A stretch of DNA of 64,000 nucleotides from a virus: the IMG/VR virus record IMGVR_UViG_3300045125_000127. One strand, given 5' to 3'. The notes under the pieces were generated by a model that worked only from the letters and a program-made list of their open reading frames with translations, was not told where the DNA came from and did not search any database. The translations under genes and the position numbers were made by a program. Positions 7,715 to 18,911 of the stretch are shown here, piece by piece; the first letter of the stretch is position 1; every line of letters starts with the position of its first letter.

Positions 7715-8653
7715 AGGGATGAAATCCGTTTGGTGTACGCCAACGATTGGTGGGATTACTTCCCGTCGGGCGTAGTTGCTCGGCAACGGCAAGCGGTATT
7801 ACGCTACTGCGGCGACGAGAACTAACAGACAGAAGAAAGAAGTGGTGGCGGCGGTACGTTTTGGTCGATCTGACCGAAGAAGCGTGGGCTGACGAGGACG
7901 AGCGTCACGCCTTTTTGTAGGAAAAGGTAGGTAGCCTTTCTTGAGTTTGTAGACCACGAAGGCAGGCGTGGTTCGCAAAACTACGGACGTGGGCTTAAAC
8001 ACAACAAGACGTGGCAGGAGTTTTACGACCGCTACTCCGCCACACCGAGCAGAGCTGCGATTACACGCAGTTCCCGGTGGTTGGATGGTCGGAAATTCAA
8101 GGTCGTTGAGCGGATAACTGCAGCAGAGCGGTGCCGCCATGTATTCATTGTTTGGCTGCCATGGCCGACAACTTCCTTGAAGCTGCGGTGCTAGACTGCG
8201 GCAAGGTGAGGAAACGAAAATGAGACTTAAATGGGTCGGTATTTTGCCTCTCTGTGTTTTTTGCGTTGGGCACGATTGCGGGGTATTACGTTGCAATTTG
8301 GGACCAGCCCGTTTCGCCCCATTTGGTGGACAAGGAACACAAAGTAGAAGACAGTGTTTGAAAATCCTGGCTGTTGGATCCTTATGGGGAAAGTGGTAAA
8401 AGGCCAACCACAGGGAGAGAAATTGTGGGACACTTTACATCAAGACAGACCGGCGAGTACACTGAAGTCCAGTTCGTCCATGCGGGCGACACTTGCCGTT
8501 ACTCTGGCGACATGGCGTGGGAAGCGCATTGGGGCGGGCGATGGCGGGCAAAGGGCCAATGTTAACCACGACTGTAAAACAAGGAGTAGTTCTGTTTCTG
8601 GATTCTGGAGTCGGAAATGAACGAAAGCGTCAAAACCGTCAGTTACCCCGGCG

Positions 8654-8873
8654 ATGAAAGAAAAGGCTATTGGAGCAATTTATCCGCCGGAAACGGTATG
8701 CAAACCAGATCGAAAAGATTGACAACTCCGGCCTTCACGCCGGACAGCCCATGTACTTCTACTGTCAGTCTTGCAACATTCCTTTGGAAGTGTTGCCGGA
8801 AGACTATCTTCTCTCGCCGCACAAGATGTGCAGTCAGTGCGATGGTCTTCAGAATCAACGGCTGGCTCGATGA
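8654..8873 (+). CDS. small zinc-finger protein
   Basis: YFYCQSC...MCSQC. Confidence 0.55.
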
Positions 8874-8916
8874 AGCCAAAAAAGCATCAAACGAGTGATC
8901 TTGTAAGGAACCGACT

Positions 8917-9319
8917 ATGAACATCCAAGAACTTGGCGACAAAATCGCAGCTTTGAGTCCCGGCCCCGACGGTGACGCCCGTGCTTTTGCGGATGTTGCT
9001 CAAGCGGACAAATTCGGCATCGAGGCACCGGGCGGCGACGGTCCCACGCAACAGCAACAAAAGCAGCCTGAGCCTGAATCGGCCCCGGCCGCAACCGGAA
9101 TTCAACGTGGTGTACACCGGTTTCGATCCAGCAAAGAAGATGAACGCTATCAAGTCTGTGCGTAGACCTTCTGGGCTTGGGACTGATCGAGGCAAAGTCG
9201 CTCGTGTGGAAGGCGGCCCGAAAAAGGTGTTGAAAGAGAGTCTCGACGCCAAAGCCGCTGACGAAATGAAGAAGAAATTGGAAGAGGGAGGGGCCAAAAT
9301 TGAGGTCCGTCCCGTTTAA
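8917..9319 (+). CDS. rplL: 50S ribosomal protein L7/L12 (frameshifted)
   Basis: MNIQELGDKIAALS N-terminus; TEFNVVYTGFDPAKKMNAIKSVR...GLG...VEGGPKKVLKESL...KKKLEEGGAKIEV CTD. Confidence 0.9.
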
Positions 9320-9331
9320 CGGACCTCAAAT

Positions 9332-9811
9332 ATGAAGAAGAAATTAGATCGCAAATCTGTCCACGCTTTCTTCGATTCCCTCATTGCGGGGGAATCAGCC
9401 GAAGAAAGCGTTGCCATTCTCAAGGACATACTCGTAGAAGAGTTTTGTTTTCTGGGAATCGACGGTTCCGAACCTTCGATCCAACTGCTGGAGATTGACA
9501 TCCGTGAGCGGATGAAAAACCCGGCAAACAAGATCATGTGCATCAAAGACGTGCGGCAAGCCACCGGCGTCGGCTTGGCAGAAGCAAAAGCTTACGTCGA
9601 AGCGTTTCAGGTCGGCCATCCGAATTACGGGCAAGCACCGAACCTGCCGCCCGCTTCGAGTCTCCAACCCAAGTTGACGGAACAATTTCTCGAACAGCTT
9701 GCGAACCGCCTTAATGATTTGGCGGAAAAGTATAAGATTGATCCACTTTTAACCGACGCCGGGTATAATTCCTTTCTACCACTATTTGTTGGGAACTCCG
9801 TTCCCAAATGA
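9332..9811 (+). CDS. protein containing an L7/L12 C-terminal-like domain
   Basis: KIMCIKDVRQATGVGLAEAKAYVE matches the L12-CTD KIxAIKxVRxxTGLGLxEAKxxVE motif. Confidence 0.7.
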   Translation: MKKKLDRKSVHAFFDSLIAGESAEESVAILKDILVEEFCFLGIDGSEPSIQLLEIDIRERMKNPANKIMCIKDVRQATGVGLAEAKAYVEAFQVGHPNYGQAPNLPPASSLQPKLTEQFLEQLANRLNDLAEKYKIDPLLTDAGYNSFLPLFVGNSVPK

Positions 9812-9820
9812 GGGCATTCT

Positions 9821-11567
9821 ATGGCAAACAAGAACCTGTTTCAGAGCGCATCGTCTTCTCCAGTCCGTTCCGGCGGCTGACACCGTCAACGAGGCGGGCG
9901 GGAAGGCGTACAAGATGGAGAGCAAGCACGCACTTGCTCAGTTCGTTTCTACTTCGTGCCTCAACGGTACGTTCTACACTTCCGACAAGGATCAGTTGGA
10001 AATTGTCAAGAAGTTGATGGTCGATTGTGACCCAGAATTTCTGGGCAAGTTGGCCGTTTACGGTCGGCAAGTGTCTTTCATGAAGGACATGCCGTCGCTT
10101 CTGTGTGCATATTTGGCCGGTGAGGTCGGTAAGGCGGGCGTCAAGTCTGAAACTCAGGACCGCAAGACGGCGGTTTTGCGCAAGATTTTCCCTCACGTCA
10201 TCGACAACGGGAAGATGCTTTGCAATTTCGTACAAATGGTACGTTCGGGTCAGTTCGGCCGGAAGAACATGGGGCACTGCGCCTCGAAGTTGGTTTCCGA
10301 GTGGTTCGAGAGCCGCAGCCCGGCTTCGATTTTCCGTCAGTCGATTGGCAACAACCCGTCTTTGGGCGATGTCATCAAGTTGACCCGTCCGAAGCCGAAC
10401 ACGCCGGAGAAGGCGGCTCTGTTCGCATACCTGTGTGGCTCGAAGATCGAAACCGACGGCGAGGGCGGGAAGCACCTTCGTTCGTACTACAAGGACATCA
10501 AGGACAACACGGTTAAGCTGGCCCACCAGCACCCGTTCGGTGCCCTGCCGGAAATCGTATTGGAATACGAGGCGTGGAAGGCCGACCGCACCCGTCCGAC
10601 TCCGAAGTTGGACTTCGATTCCTCGACAACGAACCGCTGACGAAGGAACAGTGGCGAGACGTGGCACGCAACGCAAGTTGGAAGACCACGATGTACAAGC
10701 ATGAACTCGTTCACCCGCAACGGGGTGTTCGAGGATGCAGGCGGCTCGTTGACATTATTGCGGCTCGACTGGCTAACGCCGAAGAGGTCGCAAAGGCCAA
10801 CGTGTTCCCGTATCAAATCCTTGTCGCTTATCTTGCGTCCGAGGGCGAAGGTTCCGTCGAAGGTGCGTGACGCCCTGCACGACGCAATGGAGGCGGCGAC
10901 CGAGAACGTCCCGACGTTCGAGAACCGTCGGCTCCGTATCATGCCCGACGTTTCGGGGTCTATGACTACGGCTCGTGTCACTGGCACGAGGGACAAGGGC
11001 ACGGACAAGAACGGCAAGGAGTGGGACACGTCCACGATGGCTCGGTGCATCGACGTGGCCGCACTGTTCACGGCTTCGCTGCTTCGCACGAACCGGGACG
11101 CCGAGGTTCTGCCGTTCGAGATTGGGGTCGTTCCGGTCGCACGGTTGTCGTTGGAGCCACGGGACACGGTGATGACTAACGCCAAGAAGTTGGCGTCGAT
11201 TGGCGGCGGTGGTACGAACTGTGCCGCTCCGATGAACTTGCTGAACCAGCGTGGCGACCGTGCCGACGTTTTGGTTTATATTTCGGACTACGAATCGTGG
11301 TTCGACGGCCCGAACTCCACGAACGGCAAGGCCAGAGTTGATGAACCAGTGGAAGGTTTACAAGAGCCGCAACCCGTCGGCACGACTGGTGTGGATTGAC
11401 CTGACCCCACGGCCAACGGTCAAGTGCAGCAGCGTGAAGACATCCTTCAGGTTGGCGGGTTCTCCGACAACGTGTTCTCGGTCGTCAGTCGATTCGTCGC
11501 TGGCGGCTGGAACAAGGACTTCTGGGTGAAGGAAATCGAGTCAATCGACCTCGACAATTTGCAGTAA
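9821..11567 (+). CDS. Ro60/TROVE-domain RNA-binding protein with VWA C-terminus (frameshifted)
   Basis: TVNEAGGKAY...HALAQF...LNGTFY, FMKDMP, MVRSGQFGRK, VFPYQIL, DVSGSM, GGGGTNC, ISDYESW, VGGFSDNVF: bacterial Rsr/TROVE signature. Confidence 0.92.
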
Positions 11568-11571
11568 TCAC

Positions 11572-11598
11572 AAAGCCCGGCTTCGGCCGGGCTTTTTT
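11572..11598 (+). terminator. rho-independent terminator
   Basis: AAAGCCCGGC-TTCG-GCCGGGCTTT plus T-run after TROVE stop. Confidence 0.85.
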
Positions 11599-11612
11599 GT
11601 TTACAACTGTTG

Positions 11613-11723
11613 CGGCACGAAAGCCCCTACCATCTCTAAAAAGAGATGGCTACCCCCTAAGCGAGCGACCGAAGGGAGCGAGAGCGTGGAGTAGCCCTCT
11701 AGGGAGTAGGGGATGAAGTGCCG
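11613..11723. mobile_element. IS200/IS605-type terminal palindrome (expanded)
   Basis: Nested inverted repeats CGGCAC/GTGCCG, CCCCTAC/GTAGGGG, CCATCTCT/AGAGATGG, GGCTAC/GTAGCC; minus strand reads TTCATCCCCTAC...GTAGGGGCTTTC. Confidence 0.5.
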
Positions 11724-11759
11724 TGAACAGGAGAGCTACTCCGAATTGTCTCAAAATAC

Positions 11760-12098
11760 ACTGAAAGGTGTTATAGGCTATTCCGGTGTGGATAGCCCGC
11801 CCGCTAGGGATTTCCTGAAGTGTTCCGTGTCTCTTCCATCCGTACAACTCGAACAGTGCCTCTTGATACTTCGTCTCGCTCGTATCAGGATATACCTCCC
11901 GGTAGTGCTTCATCCCCACGTCCGACTGCATGTACTCCAGTAATCGAGCCTGAGCCTCTTGCTTGGTCCGAGCCGCGGGACCGTAGAAATTCCCGATAGT
12001 ACCATCAACGGCTACCGGAATTTCTTGAAGTTCGCAAAAGGTTGCTGGAATGCCTGGAGAAACGTAATCACGGATGATAATCGGCTTGAATTGATCAT
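11760..12098 (-). CDS. hypothetical protein between tnpA and palindrome (frameshifted)
   Basis: ...GPAARTKQEAQARLLEYMQSDVGMKHYREVYPD... Confidence 0.4.
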
Positions 12099-12126
12099 AT
12101 CAGCCTCCACACCTATTTTAGTGTAC

Positions 12127-12541
12127 TCAGCCCTGTTCTTCGATGTACTTCTTGATCGTCTCCGTACTGGCGTTGCCAGTGGTACACGCGAAGTACCCGT
12201 CGCTCCAGAAGGTTTTCTCCTTCCAGAAGTGATACTGGAGCAGGATATCATGTTTCTTCCAAATGTGGAAGGTGGACTGTGACTTCAACCGAGTGGCAAT
12301 CGAAGTCGGGGACAGGGCAGGTGGAGCATCGACAAGGACGTGGATGTGGTCAAGATCGACTTCCATCACGTCGATGACGAAACCGCTTTTCTCTGCGATC
12401 TGGTTGAACAGTTCCTTGATGTCGGCGGTCACGTCAGCGTTCTTAAACAACTTCTTCCGATGACTTGCAGGCGAAGACGAAGTGGTACTTCAAGCAGATA
12501 CTGCTGTGACTGGCGTGGTGGTACTCGTCTTTCTTCGGCAT
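12127..12541 (-). CDS. tnpA: IS200/IS605 Y1 HUH transposase (frameshifted)
   Basis: LKYHFVFACK, DHIHVLV (HUH), FWSDGYFACTTG...IKKYIEEQG. Confidence 0.92.
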
Positions 12542-12831
12542 GACACTACTCCTTCCGTCGAACAGGGGCTTTGGTAGTCGGAAACGACACGCTCGAAGTG
12601 GGTGACACGAACTCTGGAAATCAACACGCTCACGAAAGTCCTGAGCCAGTCTTTCAGGTGCGAGCTTCGACCACAGCCAGATCGACGGCGAGATCATCTT
12701 GGTCTTGTTTGTCGTGGTCGTGGGTGCGTCGATCTCGATCAACTTCTCGATATTCAGGGTCGGGTCATCTTGCCCAACGAGTTGCACTTCGCACTGGTAA
12801 TGGACTTCGTGCATGGCGTTCTCCAAAGCTG

Positions 12832-12858
12832 AACAAGCCCGGCAAAGCCGGGCTTGTT
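12832..12858. terminator. 12-bp perfect hairpin, likely terminator
   Basis: AACAAGCCCGGC-AAA-GCCGGGCTTGTT at the end of the minus-strand RR-signal gene pair. Confidence 0.7.
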
Positions 12859-12861
12859 GAT

Positions 12862-13474
12862 CGTCAGGGCGAATCGTTCCAGATACTTGCCCCTGCTCCA
12901 GAACCATCGCCACTGGATCAAGAAACCGTTTTTGTTGCTACCATAGAAAACCACTCGATCCTGCCCGCCATCAGATCATCCATGAACCGCCAGATTAAAG
13001 AACTTGCTTGCTCAGGCTTTCCATTGAACTTGAGCGTGTGGCACTCGTCCGGGGTCTTCTCGTAGTGCAGAGAAAGTGAAGGCGAAAGTCAGGCGGATTT
13101 TGTTCTCGCCCACCAAGTCCATCGAGACGCACTTGTATCCAGCGTCCACGCCCTCACAGTACAGGTTTTGCACTGGAGATTTGACATGGAAGTAGGCACA
13201 CGAAGTCGTAAAGGGAACTTCGTGACACGAAGTCCTTCCAGTGGAGCATGTCCGTCGGTCGGAAGATGAACGACAGAGTGTGGACGTTGCTCTCGAAGTG
13301 ATCGGCTTCTACTGACCATTCAAGCGGTTGTCGCACGCCGTTATGGATCAGTCCCCACTGTACGATGTGCTTCGGCTTGGTCGTTGACGTGTGTGTCGCT
13401 TGCTGTTACGGTTGCTGCGGGCAGCACTCTATACTCGTTGCCGCCATCGCTTTTAATGCGTCTCGCCTGTTCAT
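12862..13474 (-). CDS. twin-arginine-signal protein, paralog 2 (frameshifted)
   Basis: MNRRDALKAMAAT...KHIVQWGLI...PLEWSVEADHFESNVH. Confidence 0.6.
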
Positions 13475-13499
13475 CTCACTCTCCTGTTTAAGTCTTAGT

Positions 13500-14133
13500 T
13501 TAAGCCTCAGTGCCGAACAGTTCGAGGATTCCAGATGCCCGCCCGCACGTCCCTTCCTTCCACTTGATGATGGGTAGTCCTTGTCGTAGCGAGACAGACA
13601 AATAGGTGATCTTGTCGCTGTTCAGGTCATTCTCGAACCGCTGAATGACCGATTCGATGCCTGCGGGGGTGTCCCTGATCTTGATCGAGCAGCAGCCGTC
13701 GATGGTTTGTTCATGGGGAAACTGGTTGATGAAAGTTAAGGCGAACTTCATGTGGATTTTGCCGCCGTCCACCCTTCGACCCAGATGCACCTGTAACCAG
13801 CGTCGATACCGTCGCAGTTCAGGTTGCCGTTAGGAGACTCGACGTGGAAGTGGTACGCATGTCCCTTCTCGATGGCGTCCCCGAAATGATCCTTCCAGTA
13901 GTAGTTCGGAGTCTTCGGCAAGATCAGCTTTTTGGGGCGAACGTGAAAGACAGTGGTGGACGTTGCTGTCGAACTGATCTGCTTTCACGGACCACTCGAC
14001 CGGGAGACACACGCCTCGCTCGATCAGCCCCCATGAGACAAGATGCTTCGGTTCGTCAGCCAGCACTGCGGTCAGGGTTAGCATCCCGATACCCGTCGCC
14101 GCCATCGACCTGAGGTGCGTCACGCCTGTTCAT
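13500..14133 (-). CDS. twin-arginine-signal protein, paralog 1 (frameshifted)
   Basis: MNRRD(A)LRSMAATGIGMLTLTAVLA...KHLVSWGLI...PVEWSVKADQFDSNVH. Confidence 0.6.
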
Positions 14134-14149
14134 TTTGTTCTCCCAAACA

Positions 14150-14603
14150 TGGTATTCGTCATCGTCCCGAACCACACCGACCCTTCATTCCGGCTTTGCC
14201 GAACAACTTATCGAACACCGCAGCACGCTGACCAGTCGGTCCTTTTCTGTGCCGTCCACGGTCTTCGACGCTCAGCAGTATGCACCATCCTCAACCCCTG
14301 CCGTCGAGAGGGCTTTCCCGAATTCCTGCAATTTCCGCATCAAAGGCATGGTGCTTGCCTGAACCGACTTAGACACGGTGGAAGATCTGCACCCAAGTCG
14401 TTTGGTATTGAAAAACGCCACGATGACGTAGGGGATGCTGCTGGCGTTGTCTGGCTCACGCAGTTGGGCGCATAGATGGTTTTGTCGAGGAACGGTATCC
14501 AGTACACGCCGTTGTCGGGCTGGATGTTGCCGAACACCGTCTGGACTACTTGGTGCAGGGCGTCCTGTTGTTCGTCGTTTTCGAGCCATGTCTTGAACTG
14601 CAT
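14150..14603 (-). CDS. putative internal head protein (frameshifted)
   Basis: Starts MQFKTWLENDE; ATAGATA motif 5 nt upstream. Confidence 0.5.
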
Positions 14604-14696
14604 ACGGTATCTATCAAGTTCAGAAAAATTCCGATTTTCGTCCCAAAACCGAAACCAGCCACACTAACTAATGCTGAGGAGAACCAGCGTAAGAAC

Positions 14697-15790
14697 ATGA
14701 CCCTGTACTCGTACCGCTACCGCCTGATGCCCAACGCCAACCAGCGTAGTCTTGCTCGCCAAGCACTTCGGGTCGATCCGGTACACCTACAACCACTTCC
14801 TCGCTCAGGAAGGAAAAGTACCTTGCCGAGAAGAAATCCTCGAACTACTACGGAGACTGCAAGGTACTCACGGAATTGAAGAAGACCCTGCCGTGGATGA
14901 AGGGTGTACTCGCAGAGCCTCCAGTTCGCCATCAAACAACTCGACGCCGCCTACAACAACTTCTTCGCTGGCAGGGGACGCTTCCGGAAGTTTAAGGCGA
15001 AACACACCAATCAGTCTTCCGCATCCCACAGAACGGTGAAGGCGGTCGAGATAGAAGCCGGTCATTCCCGAAGTTCCTCGATGGTGGTCAAACTGGTCAG
15101 GCGTCTTCGGATCGACAAGACTGGTTCGCCACACGATCGCAGGAACGCTGGCAGTACCACGTCAGCATCACCGTGGAGCGGGATATCTCGAACCCGAAAC
15201 TCGAGCTACCGAAGTCGGCGGACTGGGGATTAAGACGCTGGCGGTGTACGACGGCAAGGTGTACGAGAACGTCGTTTCATGCTCGGACACTGGCTTCCTG
15301 GCGGTTGAAGATGGTGCACGCACCTGAGCAAAGAAAAAGAAGGGCGAAATAGGAGCGAGCCAAGAAACGGCTCGAAGCCAAGATGCACCTGCGGATCAAC
15401 ATCAGACGAACCATATCCACTGACGATGAAGAAGATCATCAACGAGAACCAAGTGGTGATCCCGAAAGTTCATGGTTCGGAACATAGCCGACGCAAATCA
15501 CCAACCTGCAGGTGCGATAGCCGATGCCCTGTTTCGAGATCACCAGCAAGAGTACTAAGGCGAAGTGGTATTGGCGAAGCAGTTCGGTTAGATCGGTGGT
15601 TTGTCGAGCAAAGACGTGTTCTGGCTGGCCGTGCGGATCAACCAGAACCAGAAGTTGCCGATCGGCGGTGGTTGCCAGGTTGGTGGAAGATCACGACCGG
15701 GACATAAACGCCGCCACATGATCTGCAGCAAGCGACAAATAGAGCGCAGAGTACCGCTGAGCGGCGGGAATTAAGCGTGTGACTCAGGGA
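14697..15790 (+). CDS. tnpB: IS605-family TnpB RNA-guided nuclease (heavily frameshifted)
   Basis: YRYRLMPN...HFGSIRYTYN HTH, DLGIKTLAV-like RuvC-I, zinc finger and HDRDINAA C-terminus. Confidence 0.88.
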
Positions 15791-15885
15791 AGAACCTTTT
15801 CGCTGAAATTTCAGCCGCTGGAGGTTGATACATGAAGCCCGCCCCTTTAGGGGCGGGTAGTTCACAAGCCACCAGTGGCGTAGTA
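15720..15885 (+). ncRNA. TnpB omegaRNA / IS605 right end
   Basis: GAAG-CCCGCCCC-TTTA-GGGGCGGG-TAGTTCAC ending at 15865; following bases (AAGCCACCAGTGGCGT...) would be the guide; 5' boundary approximate. Confidence 0.7.
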
Positions 15886-17012
15886 TCCCCGCGTCCAAGA
15901 AAAGCAAGCGAAAGAAGCGGGTTGCCAACCTCTCCCAAAGAAGCAAACAAGCGAAAATTAGCCAGGCGTGCCGCCGTGCGAAAACAGGGCAAGGATTGTG
16001 GGAACGGATCATGGCACGGGAGCGTGCTTTAGGGCAATGACACCGAACTGAAAGTCGCCCCGCCGGTTGACGAAGCATTTTGGTTGTTTCCACGGGGTGT
16101 GTTGTGAGAGACGTTCCAAAGTTTTTGATGACGGCCAAAGACATCGACCGGCTAAAGGAAATTGTCACAAAGTCTCCACGGACAGGCCGGATGCAACGGC
16201 CGAAGAATGCCGAGTGCTGTTCGGTGCAATCGGCTATCGAACGGTTATGGAAATGCTGGCTGGGGCTGGTTGCGTGACCATTACGGAGTTGGCCTGTAAT
16301 GCATCTTTCGTCTGTCCGGTCTGTATAGCTACCTCCCGCGAAAAGGAAGAAATGCTGCCGAATATCCAAAGCGCCCGGAGTGTTGCAGCGGATTTGCCAT
16401 GACATCGAGGTAGTTGAGTACGAAAAAAGCTGAAGGCGTCACGGCCGAAGACCTGACCAAAAATGTACGACAGCCTGATCGACAACACCAAGTTCAGAAA
16501 AGCTTACTGAGAGCAGATTTGCCGAAGGGTCAAATTTATCGAGGCGAAACGCACATGAAACACGAACTCCGTAGGTCTTCCACTACGACGATCAACAATC
16601 GTCGGTGTGTGTTTGACATATTCATTTATCAAACGACGGAAAGAAGCACAGCCACGGAATTGAACTCGAACAAAGCGTCTAACAGTTACCAACGCCATTG
16701 AAGACATTGTGACCATTTTTTCGAGACTCGGCCCGATGCATAGCCGGATAATGTGCGTCGGTTGTCGAACGGTACGAGGACAATCCGGCAAGATTGATCT
16801 TGTGTCGCTCACCGTGGGGACCGGATTTACCAAGCCCAATTGGTCACGAATTGCCGGTGTCGTTGCCGACAAGCCGCTTTCCGCCGTTGTTACTACTTCC
16901 TGGAGGGCGAGGATGCCGTTCCTCTAAGCGACGACGACCGTAACTGCATGCTGGGCCGTCAACTGGCGTGCGGGTGCGGCATTCGTCCGGGCAATAAAGA
17001 CTACCGTCGTCA

Positions 17013-18249
17013 GTGACGAGCTTTTCATTGAGTGGTATGCCGGGCTGCGAGAGGTGCGACAAATCACACAACGGCCACAGACTCTACCCCCGTGAAGACT
17101 TGACCCCTGACGGGTGGCTTGCGGTCAACAATAAAAGCCGTATACCAGTTCTCTATACCCATCGTGGTATTGGGGGAACCGAAGAAGATAAAAGACCCCA
17201 ACGCACCCCGATTCCGACGACATGCTCCTTCCGGCAGCTATATTCGCCAAACTTGCCGGTCATCTGACATGCTACCCGAACGTCAAAAGGCACAAAGCCT
17301 AGAGGCGGCAATCGGAAGATTTTCGACCCGTTTACAACGAATTATTTCAGGATACCTTCGTAAACAAACGCATGAGCCGTATCATTCTAGAATTCAAGTC
17401 GTGGTTTTTGGTCAACGAAGAGTCCGCATCCGATAGGTGGACTCCCTTCTGCCATGCAGAGGGCTATTTACAAAAAACTACGTTGACACCTATTCGGAAA
17501 AGGGCTTGAAACCCTGGACTTGGGACGAATTCATCTGGCGGGCCACCAAATGGCAAATGTACGGCACTTTGCCAAGGGTCAACGCCGAAGGGCAAGAAGA
17601 AGCACCCGAAAGAACTGGCTATGTGACGGCCAGAGATGAGCATGGAGTCACGAAACTCACCGGTATGCAGGGTCCGAGCGCCAAAGCCAAATTCGATGGG
17701 CATGAAGGAATTGGCAGAAACGGGCAAGCCCATTTGGGGTGCAATGGACAAGGACTTTGTCGAGCGTCTGAAGAAGTTGGGCTTCTCGTCTCCCCCGCCT
17801 TCGGCAAATGGAAACTTTTGATGCCGATTATTCAACAAGATTCGATGTTCAGTTCGGGCGGCTCGTGGGGTTCTCTCAGCCCCGACGGCGGCATCAATTT
17901 CGATCTTTCCGGCGTAGGTGCAACTGTCAAATACTTCACCGGCAACAAGAAATTCTTCCGTCAGATGTTGGAAAAGCACGGCCCCAAAATGGGTCTGGAT
18001 GCTAAAATGCTCGGTATTTTGAAGCAGTGGGATTCAATTCCGGCCATGATGAAGCAAATGGCGATGCCAAAGATGACTGCCAAAGGCATCGACATGCAAA
18101 CTATGGATTGGCTCGGAGAGGTAATGTCGGATAGCCCGGCTGCGGTTAAGACGCCCGCCCCGGTTGCCCCGGTTGCCCCGGTTGCCCCGAACCCGGCTGC
18201 CCCGACTGGTCCGGCCGCTCCGGGTAGCGGTGTTGGGTTGGGTTCCTAA
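17013..18249 (+). CDS. putative internal head protein with PVA-repeat tail (frameshifted)
   Basis: Reconstructed start GTG-TSF(I)EWYAGLRE; 270-aa intact C-part; APVAPVAPVAP from GCCCCGGTT x3. Confidence 0.5.
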
Positions 18250-18771
18250 GTACATTTCGCAATAAATCATCTTGGTCCGCTTGGCTACGGTATTTGGACC
18301 GTCCATGCGGACCAATTTTTTGTAGTTTTCTCGGTCTATGAAGTCGTAGGTTCCCAAAACGAAAATCACTTTGCTAAGGTGCTGAGGGTTGCGAAAGAAG
18401 AATTCCGCTTCTTCTCTTGTGTATCGGCCATATTTTCCGCCCCTCATTGCATCATTCGGGATGAAAAACACAATCATTTTGTTGTTTTGCAAAATCTTGT
18501 TCAAAAATCGGTCTGTTACGTCAGGGGACGAAGTTTCACGTTCCCATTCTGGACCGAAAGAGTCTTCGTAGGCTTTGGGCCAGTCGATCATGTGAAAGAC
18601 TTTGGCGATGTGGAAGTAAACCTCTAGCCCTTCGACTTCCGACAATCCGAGTGCGTAGGCTCCGAACGCTTCGTGGGGCGGATTCTCCAAGAAGTCATTG
18701 ATCGACATGACTTTGTAAGCCTGTCGGAACATCATTTCAGGTACGCCGGATTTGGCTATGGCGTCCACCAA
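18250..18771 (-). CDS. hypothetical protein
   Basis: Long ORF; ATAAATA on minus strand at about 18839-18845. Confidence 0.55.
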
Positions 18772-18911
18772 ACGGGATGTGTCGCAGTAGGTCTTCGTCT
18801 ATTCTGTGGATATATTCGTAAAATGTCTGCATCGGTGATATTTATGCCAATCCTTCTATGAATACCACAAAGAGATTCCGATGTCAGGCGAGGCGTTTGA
18901 TGATTGAGAAT

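Noticed and set aside
7799-8407. Long minus-strand ORFs antisense to plus-strand genes (also 9819-10676, 15638-16405, 37510-38730)
   Set aside because: Shadow ORFs opposite well-supported genes, with no recognisable motifs
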